Below, piece after piece: positions 39,340-51,287 of a stretch of DNA of 64,000 nt (positions are counted from its first letter, which is position 1; each line of letters starts with the position of its first letter). The stretch covers positions 2,324,170 to 2,388,169 of the forward strand of contig NW_004797283.1 of the NCBI RefSeq assembly GCF_000002075.1, given 5' to 3'. The position numbers were made by a program, and so were the translations under genes. The notes below the pieces were generated by a model. That model was not told the DNA's origin, did no database searches, and saw only the letters and a program-made list of their open reading frames with translations. This DNA comes from Aplysia californica. Its lineage: Eukaryota.

Positions 39340-39913
39340 CTGCACTTGCAGTCAGGAGAGTTCGTTGTTCAATACGATTTCTCATCTCCAGCACAGCATC
39401 TTCCGTGCTGACTCCATATACTTTGGCTTTGAAGGAGGGAAAACTTTTCTGGCACTCAGGACATATTTTAAATCTCTCTGAATTCTGACACAATTTTTCA
39501 ATCACTGTAGATACTGAAAAATCTGAGAGTGTTCTCTCCTGTAATTCATCTGAGCTTACTAAAAGAGGTCGTAACACTTTATTTAAGTCACAAACACAAG
39601 CTGAATCTGCAGACGACTCAATGTTAGAGGCATCTAATACAGATCTTGGGCGCAGAAGAAATGTCCTATCTATAGCGGAAGAAGTAATTCGCCAGTCCAG
39701 ATGAGACGTAAAATCCAGGTAAGCTTCATCTAAACTCATTGGACAGAAGTTCGGGTCATATGTAGCAAAGATTTCACGAATCAGATGACTGACAGCCGTG
39801 TACTTGGTGAAGTTTGGCTTGACCATTACAAGATCTGGGCAAAGCTTCAGTCCGATGAAACCAGGCATAGCAGCACGCACTCCAAATCGACGAGCAATAT
39901 AATTTGAAGTGCT
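39340..39913 (-). CDS. POLK: POLK coding exon 4 (fingers/palm, SLDEAYLD motif)
   Basis: STSNYIARRFGVRAAMPGFIG...MSLDEAYLDFT...TLLTASAG; canonical splice sites. Confidence 0.95.
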
Positions 39914-40416
39914 CTGCAAAACATAAAATTACAAGTAGATTCACAAGGCATGGTGGTAAACCACATAAAAAAGATGACAACTTTTGGTCATATTTATGAC
40001 ACAATACAAAACTTTTACTCATCATTAAGGAAGAAGGGTACTGCACCAAATTCATCAAGTCAGAAAATCAGATTCAAATACTGAACTCTTAATGATAATT
40101 AATCATTAACAGATTCGACTTTCATCTTAATGCTAAAATTGAATGACAGTAACTCACAAAACCACTACCAACCCAACACACTCATGGGTTACAAAATAAA
40201 GATGATAAAAAAGGACTGACAATGGAGGAAATAAGGAACGGAACTAAAAATCTAACAATTACAGCATATTTGATTACCCTTGGCTATCGCTACAAGCTGC
40301 GCTAATAAAGGTAAATTGTACATCATGCTTATTATTATGAAAAGGCAATACTCTTTCTGACGGAAAGTAGGAAGTGCTAGAGACTTTGACTATGTAAAGT
40401 GTTTTAAAATTCATAC

Positions 40417-40569
40417 CAACATCCCCATGCCTCCAACAGCCATTGGTTTATTTCTGAGCCTTGGATCATCCCTCATCTCCACAGCAGCGTAAAATGCATC
40501 CATGTCTACGTGGACAATTGTGTGCGATAAATCATATCTTTGGTTTAAGTTTTCTATAATGCGATCTGC
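40417..40569 (-). CDS. POLK: POLK coding exon 3 (catalytic motif I); not in the supplied ORF track
   Basis: Manual translation [51 protein letters not shown]; Y-family DMDAFYA motif; acceptor ttcaag, donor gtatga. Confidence 0.95.
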
Positions 40570-41461
40570 CTTGAAAAAGAAATAAACAAATAACTAAGAT
40601 TAAAAGCACATTTCAGAAAATTTCCATATGAAAAATGATACAATATATTTGACTCTGCTCTACGAACAATGATGATATTCTATTTAGCCAGGAATTTTGA
40701 GTTTTGAAATGGTACAGAATATTCAGCATAAGAAAACAAAATCAAAGCAAAAATGTTTTAAGCAGAAAGGTGAAGTGATTATTAGGTTCCAAGTTCTGAT
40801 GAACAGAATGAGCAATGGTTGAGGCGGTTGCATTTTATTTCACAGAGACTGGTCACTTTTCAAAGTTATTCAAAGTTTAAAAGAGATATTATATCTGATC
40901 GAGTATGTATAAATGGCTTCTGAAATAATGTAAGCCTCTAAGTCAGGTTTGCTGTCAAATGGAAAGTGAGGAACTCCACTGTTCTTCCACACCCTCTATA
41001 TAACTTATAAGGTTAAAAAAAATTACTTTTATTTTCTTGCTACATCAAAGTTATGCAGCATCAAATATTTTAAACTCTTCATCCCACTATATCAGGGCCC
41101 TCTTTTCGTATGAAATCTAAAAGCGACATCTACATGACTAAATTGGTCAATAAATCAAAACAAGTGAACCCATTTTGATACGTTTTCATCAAAAGAATGA
41201 ATGAACTGGTACAAGAAACCTGTTTTCGGAAACTACTGAAAACTAATTTTACGTTGAAGTCATCATAAAGGAATGCGCCAGAGCTGCTGCCAACAGCTCA
41301 ATGGCACAGGCGTTCTGACCATGGGCCGGTGGGAGCAGCTTACTGGAGATGGAGTTAAAAGATCAAACAAGGCTAATGTTTTGCACAGAGTGACACTTGG
41401 ATAAAAATACAAGGTCCTAAGACTTTCACAACACACAACTGTGACAACGTGAAACTCCAAC

Positions 41462-41580
41462 CTCTCTTATGCCTTCCTGTAGTTTTCCAGGCGTGAGTTT
41501 ATCCATTTGAAACTGTTGCTCCTTTATTCTCAAGTTCAGTTGCTCCTCCTTCTTTCTTTCATTCTCATAAAATTTGGATC
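41462..41580 (-). CDS. POLK: POLK coding exon 2 (N-clasp)
   Basis: GSKFYENERKKEEQLNLRI...; acceptor tttacag, donor gttgga; phase-consistent with neighbours. Confidence 0.9.
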
Positions 41581-41955
41581 CTGTAAAATGTTTGCATTGA
41601 TAGCTAAAGAGTAGTGTATCAACATTCATGATTACAACATCATAACAGTCATTAAATGCAAGGCAGAAAATAACAGGGACAGACAGACACAACAGAAAGA
41701 TAGTAAAGAATTATGATCGACCAGAAGCACCCTCGATAACAATCTGTTCCCCTGCAAAGTAAGAAAAAAAAAACTACAAAGGTACAAAAGAGCATAATAG
41801 AGAGACATTGATATAAATACTCAGTAGTAACATATTACGCTCTGATAATAAAAAACGTTTAGTTATAGTACATCTAAATGAATCAGACAGACAAAACAAA
41901 AATACAAAGATTAATACAAGCAGAAAGTGTACAGATACACAAGACATGACCTTAC

Positions 41956-42175
41956 CTTTCGAAGCCTCATAAATTATCTGGTTTATTTTCTCTTTGTCCA
42001 GACCCTCCATGCCAGCCTTGTTGTCATTGAGTACCATTCGACTCATGAGACTAGAGCTGCTGTTACTTTTGCCTCTCTCAGGTATACTTTCATTAGCTGC
42101 AGATATTGTCGAGGACCCTGTAGCATGATGGGCAACACTTGAGGTAGAAGGTACTTCTGATGTTAATGCATCCAT
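41956..42175 (-). CDS. POLK: DNA polymerase kappa, first coding exon (exon starts at 42230 after a ttcttttcag acceptor; ATG at 42175)
   Basis: MDALT...SRMVLNDNKAGMEGLDKEKINQIIYEASKG is the Pol kappa N-clasp start; donor AG|gtaag at 41955. Confidence 0.93.
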
Positions 42176-42454
42176 TTTAAATCTTTACTTTTCAAATGTA
42201 AAGATATTGAAGCAAATACAACGGTGCAACCTGAAAAGAAAAAGAGCAATGTCACACAAAACAAAAAAGTAAGATAAAAAGGTCCTGCTTTCTAACGGAG
42301 TTTAAAATACCACAAAAAGTAGTTAGGCCTACAGAAAAGAATTCACTCTGAAAAACTAAAAGGAAAGGTTTACAAGACATTTTGATAAAAACTATCAATT
42401 AGGGAAAAAGCAAAGAAACATGAAGAAACAGGCACCATAGATGTATATCAAAAT

Positions 42455-43518
42455 ATCGTTGAACCTGCACAATATGGCCAACGGCCACCTGTACAAATAG
42501 CCACTTTCCATTTCCCCCCTTGCGTTTTTTCTCTCTATATATAATTTCACAAAGTATAATTAATTTATCAATGGTCACCTGTACAACGTGACCACAGCCA
42601 CCCTATTTTATCTCCCAAAAACAAAAAAACCTGTCTAAGAACGGCCACACAAATCTTTCTTTGCCCGACATTGTGTCATAAATTAAGTATTGGCTCCCGA
42701 CGCTGGTATACGAGCCATCCATTCACCTCCTGTCATTGTTGTTAGTCCCTCCTATGTCCGACCATGTAGGTAGGCCCCATCCACTGTTTTCCAAATTAAC
42801 CACTGGATAACAATAAATTTTCAGCTGCTGGTGAGGGAAGCATGAGGTGTCATAACCTACAAGTACAAGCCCAACCCACAACTCACAAATCGTAAGTGAG
42901 GTGACCCGTCACTGTTTACCCAGTCTTTAAATGGACATGAACAGGAAGCGTCATTCATTCTCCAAGTGGTGGCGACCCATTAGTTAAATTTTACCTTCTC
43001 GTCTGACTAGTTTCATACTGTTTTACATTGCACACTGTCTTCATCATTTGATACACTTTGTAGAATTTAACAGTTTATTACAGCAGTCCTGCCTGAGACT
43101 TCGTTGTGTGAACAAAAATGCTTCACACATTCAGATAAATCCAGCCGTTGACGATGGCATCAATGTAGAAATGTAACCCATGTCTGAGCCTACAACCAAC
43201 TATAGTGGGGAACTCAGAAGGGAATGTTAAAAAAAAACAATATCAACCCCCTGAAAAACCAGTAAAGCAACAACAACAATAAACTCCCCTCCCCCCCCCC
43301 CCCCCCGGACCCCCTGAAAAAAAATCCCATTTAGATTACCCTTAGTCTAATTAGTCCTAAGCAGGTTGAGACCTCAGAAGGGAATGACCAGGAATGATTT
43401 GTTTTCTTCAGTTTCATCAGTATCAGTCCTGCCTTCTAAATCTAAGACGGACATTTGTCTCAGACGTCCACTTTTTCACTCAACAATGGGTGGCAGTCTT
43501 GCTGTAGGTTCGACAGTA
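42455..43518. mobile_element. Degenerate non-autonomous Tc1/pogo-type element
   Basis: ttgaacctgc at left, gtaggttcgacagta at right; subterminal similarity to 34440-34606. Confidence 0.5.
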
Positions 43519-44456
43519 CTCAGTGCACCTTTAGGCATGACAACCTATAAAAGTTAGGAAAATTTTGTTTAGCTTATTAGGATAATTAGGCTTATTTGGG
43601 CTTTGATTCAAACTTAGAGTGAGAACTTAGACTAAGTATAATAATGGTGTATTGATCTCGACCGTGCAGACAATAGACAGTAGTTGTGCGTCGTGTTCTA
43701 GGAACTAGTCTATCTAGGCTGTCTAAGCTTCTTTCGATGAATGACAGTCTTGCTGGATCTGTGGAATATTATTCTAAGGCTTGAATGAAAATATAGATTG
43801 AGAAAAATAAATATATATATATCGAAAAAATCAAATCATAGATCTAGAGGGGATTCTAGATCTATATTATTATTATTAATATTTAATTTTTTTAAATCCA
43901 GACCCTGTTCTAAAAAAAAAAGCAAAATTTAGGGACCTCAGTCATATCGTCACACAGTCATTTCATCACACCGGTGCAGTCAAGACGTCACACCCCAAAT
44001 CCACAAGGTTAAATGGAGATCATGATCATTTCGTAGCACGCATTCAAACACGCATTGTCATGGCAATCGCAAATCACAATTTTCGGGGGAGGGTTGGGGC
44101 TGTGCAAGTCATTGTGCCTACCTGATCAGCTACACAGTTCATTAATAGGCCTATTGACACTATTGACAATATTATATCGAAATTAAATCGAATTAGATTT
44201 TAACAAAGTCAGTTTTTAAAAGTATGTTTGATGTGAGGTGTGGTGATAGGCAAGATCATAATATTAATTATAAATTATATTTGTTAAAAATAAAATAGCT
44301 AATTGAAACATACGGTACTGCAATTTTGCTAAAAGCTAGACCTTTACTTTCAAATAAAGCCTCACTAACTCTACCACACATTATTTTTCCCATATTTTAA
44401 AAACTATTGTTCTTATTGAACAGTATTTTAAACTTGTACAAGATATGATTTACGAA

Positions 44457-44815
44457 TCATCATCATCCAGTACCAGATCTGCGACAGACATCGGCGATCA
44501 TGGTTCTCCATTCATTCCTTTGCTTGGATGCTCTTAAAAAAGCCCCGTTTCCCTGATCTTTCCCTGTTTCCCATTTGTTTACGTTCCCTAAGTACTAAGT
44601 AGGTTGACTGGGCCTACCCCTACCTCGTTTGCCTTCAATTTTGCCAGTGAGAGCTAGATGTTTGGACCCTGTCTATTCATGGACTTCATCAAAGCACTAC
44701 CTACCTCATTTGATTTCTTTTCCTTCCATGATACTCAGTGCAGTCTCCTACTCCTAGTATAAGAAACCGCATTTCTGTCGCTTCAATGTATTTGTACTCT
44801 ATCTTTGATATGGTG
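44457..44815 (-). mobile_element. Second copy of the same RTE 3' fragment
   Basis: Shares ggttctccattcattcctttgcttggatgctcttaaaaaagc and further colinear blocks with 10022-10450. Confidence 0.8.
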
Positions 44816-45381
44816 CGGTGGGTGCGAGCAGTGAATCGATTCAGAGTTGTTCCCATATAGGCCTATATAGCTTCAACTCAGTTCATAGGTCATTGATGGT
44901 GCTAAGAATAGATGGGAGTCTCTAAGCCTAGGGTGAAAGGTAGAGTTAGGAAGGCTTGTCTGTCGTTCAGCCATTGAGATGCTGCGTGATTGAAAGGGGG
45001 TGGGGGCTAAGGGGTGTCGGTCTGTCTACTGGGGGTGGGTGAGGGCAGGGTGTGCACTCGGTGACGGCGCGTGTGACGAGCGGAGGGGTAATGTATTAAT
45101 GAATGGGAAAACACAGGAAGTGTAGCCAGTCAATGGAGGCAACACATAGCGTAGACAGTTAAGTTAATTGTTCAGGTGGCTACTTCTAACCCCCGGTGTC
45201 GGTAACGCTAGTTTTATATCCAAGCTAGGCCAACACGATCGGGCTGTAGACTGTAGAGGCAATGTGATCAGGGCGCTCATACTAGACTATGATTGGTTTT
45301 GGACTTTGGAGCGTGTTGATGCATGACCTGCCAATGCGTTTGTTGTACGCTCGACTGTCTTAATTTCTTGACTTACTTCTG

Positions 45382-45447
<66 letters not shown>

Positions 45448-45589
45448 TGAGAGAGAGAGGGAGAGAGAGAGAGAGAAAAATAAAAAAGAGAGAACAACAA
45501 TCACTTCGAAGACAAAGTATAATACGGTTTGTTTGATGACTGAGAAAGCTTTCACTTCACTTCAGGCATATGATATAATATATGGCTAC

Positions 45590-45646
45590 TAGATCTAGAT
45601 CTAGATCTAGATCTAGTAGATCTACCTAGATCTAGATCTAGATCTA
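45590..45646. repeat. (TAGATC)n palindromic hexamer repeat
   Basis: tagatctagatctagatctagatctag... Confidence 0.9.
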
Positions 45647-45764
45647 AAATCTAGGGGAGGACTTCCGTAACGAGCGACCACTATGGAGACAGAGTAGAAT
45701 TGAGGGCTAGGGGTAGGAGGGACTACGTACGGTTCTAGCCTAGGGGCCTAGGGCAGGGGTAGGG

Positions 45765-45806
45765 TTAGGGTTAGGGTTAGGGTTAGGGTTAGGGTTAGGG
45801 TTAGGG
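45765..45806 (+). repeat. Interstitial telomeric repeat (TTAGGG)7
   Basis: Seven perfect units, with degenerate units upstream. Confidence 0.95.
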
Positions 45807-45859
45807 TTTGGGATTCAGGAGTTGACACTTTATTTTGTTTGTTGGGGTGGTCGCTCGTT

Positions 45860-46800
45860 ACGGAATCTAGTACTGGCGTTTCAAATAGCATTGGGGGAGC
45901 TATTCAGAACACGACGTTTCATAGCACGGGAGCTAAACTATTCAGTATTCAGACTTAGAACGCGGCGTTTCCCAGGGCAAGCCCCCCTGAAAACCCCCTG
46001 CTCTTGAGTCGTCTTGACTTTACTTTAACGAACGAAACTTCAAAATCACCCTACCTCTCGAACATAGCCTACTCAGCATAAAGTCAAGTAACTAGATTTT
46101 GAATATAAAGTTCAACTTCAACTTGGACCGTCTTGGAATACAATACAATCACTGTCAGAAATAAACAAGCGGAGCACCCGCTAATTTTGAGCACACACAG
46201 AACACGGAAATTTGAGTAGAGCAAAACTTTGAGTTTGCGAATGAAGAGCGAATGTTTACAATAATAGAACCTAAGAGTGATCTCCCCCTGATGATCTTCT
46301 GCCATAAAAGTTTTGATTATGTAGCCCTAGTTAGCTTTGATTTTACGGGAAAAACAATGGAGCATGAAACCGATGAAACCTTCAAGACTAGGAGAAGGTT
46401 TGCCGATTTCGCTTTTTGTAGACGTAGAGACCTCGCCTCAACCCTTGGGTATTGCCTCTATATTCAGATCTAGCTGTAAACGCTGTTGTTAACCCTGTCC
46501 AGACCAATCCTTACAGCTGCGTCTGTATCTGCTGAAGAAATCTGAAATGCCCTCGCTTTTTTCATAATTTCCCTTTCAGTTTCATTAGAATCTACTTTCA
46601 CTCTGACTCAGTGACTGGGACAAGACGTGTCTTAGTCTTTCCTTTGATTGGCGCTACCATTAATCATGATAAACGAAAGGCAATCTTGGATTGCAATTTA
46701 TAATTACACAAGGCAGACAAAAACGACGTTTTTGAGTCTGGGTTTGCTGTGAACTATTTAAATAACTAGTCTTGGCTGCCGCTAGACTATTCCGCCACTG
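45860..46800. promoter_or_regulatory. Probable bidirectional promoter / first non-coding exons of POLK and GON4L
   Basis: Both ATG exons start with a splice acceptor (42231, 48833), so both start sites lie between them; this segment is the most CpG-rich non-repeat part; candidate minus-strand donor gag|gtaggg at ~46054; start sites not determined. Confidence 0.4.
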
Positions 46801-47348
46801 TGAGAAAAGATTAAAAATATAAATAATTCCCACCTCTATGGCATGTTGGGAAGTATAAAGATATTTTACTCCCCCCCCCCCCCCCCCCCCCACCCTCTGG
46901 GAATAGAAGAAAATTTTGTTCCCGCCCGAGTGGGAATAGTTCAGAAGAAAACTAGCGTAGAGAATTTTATTTTCCTTGTGAACCTTCTGCCATTTTCTTT
47001 TACTCTTAGAAAGACTTCAAGAAGGCGTCTGTGTGTGTGTTCTTGTGTGTATGATTTAGTTTTACTTTATATTCATATTTTTGGCCTTTTTCTTTTCTTT
47101 CAGTGAAATTGATTTGATATCATGACAGAAAGCATTCAAAAGCTAAACGTGACAATTTTCCTGTGAGCAGCACTCTCGTTTGAATATGTGCTCAATATTT
47201 CCAGACCCAAATTGTAGGGCTTTCTAGATCTAAATCTAGATCAAGATTCTGCCAGTGGAAAATTTTTTATTCTCACCCCAGGTTTAGAGGTTGGCCTTCA
47301 ACCTGTATTACATCTTATAAAACTAGATCTAGATCTAGATAGATCTTA

Positions 47349-47445
47349 AGGGGGCTCTCGTGGCCAAGAGGAAGGTGTTCGCCTCTCATTCAAAGGTCCT
47401 GGGTTCGAATCCGAGTTGTGACGGAAAAATGTTCTTCCCTAAAAT
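47349..47445 (+). mobile_element. Same SINE family, tRNA-like head only
   Basis: gggggctctcgtggccaagagg...gggttcgaatccg, then homology stops. Confidence 0.8.
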
Positions 47446-48079
47446 ACCCCCTTAACATTTTGCGCTCACTTGGCGCAAATGGCGCAATGTGAATATGCAC
47501 CGATGAAAATTTTCTGTTCCGGTCTCCTGGCGCAGTCACCAGGCCTGTGACCAGATGCATGGGGTATTTTGTACTGCTGGCTGTGTGAGTGCAAAGTGTA
47601 AAAAGTTATTTTTAGAAAAAAATTTAAATCTTTGGGCTTACATTTCTGCTGTTTTCACCCATAATTTGATGTTTTGCAGTTGTTAAAAATTTTCTTGAAA
47701 ATAACTGATTTGCAACAGTTCAAGAGTGGCGTGTACATGTGTGTGATCTACATTTCACAGCATTTTCAGCCTCTTCTAGTCATTCAAGTTGAAGTTGTTA
47801 ATGCTTTAGATTTAGGTTTAAGTTAGAAAAAATATAGTGCCTCTCCCTTAAAAATTTGACTCTTTGAGCCTGATTCAAAAGGCCATTCTCTCCTTTTCTT
47901 TTGTGACAAATGTTTCTTTGTAAGTCCCCTAATCATATTGCCATGGTACTGACATTAGGCATCTTTGTGCCAAGGTAACTAAAACAGCTTTGTCTCTAGA
48001 ATAGTTTGAAATGTCCGAGCCGTCAGAAAGAAGACTTTTTGCTCAAAATGCTCATTGCACAACTTGTCCTTTTTTAAAA

Positions 48080-48597
48080 TTTTGGTAAGTATGTTTTACT
48101 CGCAACTAAGGTCATATATGAGCGTGCGGGACACATTAAACATTTTCAGTTGGTAGGAAATTTTGAATTTTGCTCGGGTGGCGGCCGAAGTCTACTCTTT
48201 TATCGATTTTGAACCTCCAAGGGATCTTAAGAACGTGCACAACTTGCACACGGGACCTCCAAGGTTTTTCGCCCTTGTCTAAGAAAGCTAGGTGTAAATC
48301 TTTCCTACCAGAAGATCAGGGGTGTGGCTGAAAGACAGCAGTATGAAGGAACCAGGGAGTAGCAGTAGAAAGGGTACAGAAAGAGTCAGGAACCCAGAAG
48401 AGGGGACAAAGGAGGTGAGGGGATGGGGGCAGAAAGTGGAGACGAAAGCAGACGACAGAACATTGCTTGAGAGCAGGAAAGGAGATAAAAGGAGACAATT
48501 TTAGAAAAGAAAAATTTCCGTCGCTACCAGAATTTGAGCCCAAGACCCATTGAATGAGAGGCTAAACACCTTAATCTCTAGACTACGAGAGCCCCCT
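48080..48597 (-). mobile_element. Same SINE family, full length, inverted, more diverged
   Basis: Reverse complement colinear with 28933-29463. Confidence 0.88.
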
Positions 48598-48862
48598 ACT
48601 ACTTGTTCTACAGAGTCACAGAGACCAGGTTTACCTGTACTTTGATCTCAAAAAAAATTTTTTTTTTAAATGAGAGACACCTACCTACATGAAGTAGACT
48701 GCAGACCCGTTCCTTTTTTCTTTAATCCTGACTCTAGTATCTATTTGCTCACTTTTGTGATTTCAAAAAGAAATCCTAACAGATGAAGGAAAATCTCTTT
48801 GTACTATCAAATGAATTGTTTGTATTTTGACAGGGGACCTACAGTTTATATGAAAGTCCAGC

Positions 48863-49416
48863 ATGTCTGACAACTGCAAAAAGCCCCAAGACAGTCCCTC
48901 AGGGGAGGAATGTGACAGCAGTCTCATTATGGCTAATTCAAGTCAAACTGATATAGAAGATAGTAATAAGGATGATGACAGGGGGAATGGTAATGATGAT
49001 GGTGACAAAGAAGATGGTGACAATGATGAAGATGAAACTGACATGAGCAAAGAAGAGAACTCTTCAGTGTTTTCGTCCCCATTAGATCAAAAGCAAATAC
49101 TGGATGATGCCAGAAGAGAGACAAGGACTCCAAAGAAAAAAGAAGCCACAAATGAAATTATTGACTCTACTGAGGATCCTCTGGAGACTCCTTCAAAAGT
49201 TTTGATGAGGACTTTAGAAGCCTTTTCAAAGATAGAAGAATCAGCAAAAGCAAGTGCTAGTTCTAAGACCCCATCAAAAACACTTCAGAAGTTGACTGGT
49301 AAAAAAGCTGTGCAGAGAACACCACACAAGGCTCTGCAGGTGACACCAGTGAAGAAGTCCAAAGGTGGTGCTAAGAAGAGATCTTCTGAGGTTCACCTTG
49401 AATTGAAAGAGAAACA
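48863..49416 (+). CDS. GON4L: GON-4-like protein, first coding exon (exon starts 48834; acidic/basic disordered N-terminus)
   Basis: ttttgacag acceptor at 48833, ATG 48863, donor gtgagt at 49417; phase 2 joins the next exon in frame. Confidence 0.75.
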
Positions 49417-49456
49417 GTGAGTTGACATAAATTTCCTCAGTTAGTAGGAACTGAAA

Positions 49457-49892
49457 TGTGAGGCAGCGTGGTGGAATCAGGCTCTCGTCAAAATAATGAA
49501 GTCGAAGAAAACAGCAGTTTTCTCCCCTGCTTAGCAATTTTTATTTTATTTTTATTTTTTTGGCTCAACACCTTTTATGTCCATTTACAAACACATTCCT
49601 TTGAGGATTTCACCGAAAAGTTGATTAAAGGCACAAAAATATAAATTTACAGTTTACATGGACTCTCCAACTTTGAAATTTACCAAGCTTCGGCAGCCAT
49701 TTTCTCTCTAATTTTACCTCTTAAACCTGGGGACCCCCACCTCCTTCAATCCCAAATATCTTCACTTCTATTGAAGGAATGTGGGTAATTTTTTCATTGA
49801 AAGCTAGGCAAATGAACAAGCTTTAAGATAATACCAATAACTCAATATGCCAAAAAATTGACGAGAGCCTGATTCCACCACACTGCCTCACA
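49457..49892. mobile_element. MITE with ~35-bp TIR
   Basis: tgtgaggcagcgtggtggaatcaggctctcgtcaa / ttgacgagagcctgattccaccacactgcctcaca (one mismatch). Confidence 0.85.
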
Positions 49893-50687
49893 AATAACAT
49901 TTTTTTATAATAGCCTTAGCACTTTGTTTTGTTATATTGTTGTTTTTAGACTCTAGATACATGTATTTAAACCTCAGCTTTGAATGCCTCATGTCTTTAT
50001 TTTATTTGCCTTTCTGAAATAGGGGTTTTGGAGTAGTTTGAAGAAAAATGAGTGAGGAAGGGGATGAAATGGACTTCTTACATTCTCCAACCACATTTCA
50101 AATTGATTTTTAAGTAAAAGAGTGAAAAGTTGGTGTCTGAACTTCCCAGCCTAACTAACTATCTCATATGCGAGCTATATTGTTTGATGTCTGAGCATAC
50201 ATTTTCACAGTAGTTTCCTGTTTCTTATCAGGCAACACTGTTTTCGAAATAATCCGAATCATCACTGCCATTGAGTGTTCACCTCATTGTATCATCATCA
50301 TGGACGGACCTCTCCTTCATGGTCAGCTTAAAATGGCTCTCTTTTGCCTCAACGGATGGCTTTTGTTTGTTGCTCCCCCATATTTCTAGTTTGTCTACCT
50401 TTTCATGTCATCCAGATATCACCTAATTATATAAATAATGTTTGCCTTTGTTATTTTCTCTTCAAAGAACAATTTTCTCTTTGAACTGAAGTTACAGCTG
50501 ATTTTGTGGTCTCTAATATGGTAGGGTATCTTACTTTTTGCATTCTTGATCAGTGCAATGATTATATAAACATACATACATACATTAATAACATACATGT
50601 ATATATATGTTTTGGTAGTTACTCATTGATTGAGGAGTCCTACTTTTATTTACAACCCTAACATCTTCTCTTCTTCTCTTCCCTCAG

Positions 50688-50838
50688 GTCAAAAGAGACA
50701 GCCGATTCTGAGTGGGAAACTGACAATGATGAAGAATCTGAAGATGGCGATGAAAACATAGGGTCTATTGATGCACGGCTGGAAGAAAAAGCCAGTAATA
50801 TGAATATGAATGCAAAGAATGTCAAATCAATTATTCAT
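50688..50838 (+). CDS. GON4L: GON4L coding exon 2
   Basis: ...IDARLEEKASNMNMNAKNVKSIIH resembles the conserved GON4L LE..A...L...NV+.I+H block; donor gtaagt. Confidence 0.85.
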
Positions 50839-51110
50839 GTAAGTTTATTCTGACAGATACATCAAATTAAATTTGGAGTTGATGTTGTACTGTTCCGCTC
50901 AATGTTTTCGTTTCGCATTATTACTGTGTTTTTTCTTTTTTTTTAATTTTGAAAGTATGTTATTCACTTTTTGTTAAGACAAGTTAATAACACTCTTGAT
51001 TCAAAGATGTTTCCATGTTTTTTTTATTTAGTGTTCAGGATGTTTGGGATTTTGCTGTTCCCTGGCTCAGTGGAATGATAACTTCCATATTTTGTCCAAT
51101 GTCTTTCCAG

Positions 51111-51287
51111 CACATATTAACCAATGAGCATGTGAAGGATATGTTCAGTGATTTACTACAGGAAGAGAAAGATGGCAGCTCCGAAGAAAAAGACTCTGTG
51201 ACACCGAAAAAGTTCTCACCAGAAAAGTTGGATATTTTGCCAATACTGACTCGAGCAAAGGTCAAGGATTTGGTGGATAAAGGGAGT
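51111..51287 (+). CDS. GON4L: GON4L coding exon 3
   Basis: HILTNEHVKDMF...PILTRAKVKDLVDKGS. Confidence 0.85.
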
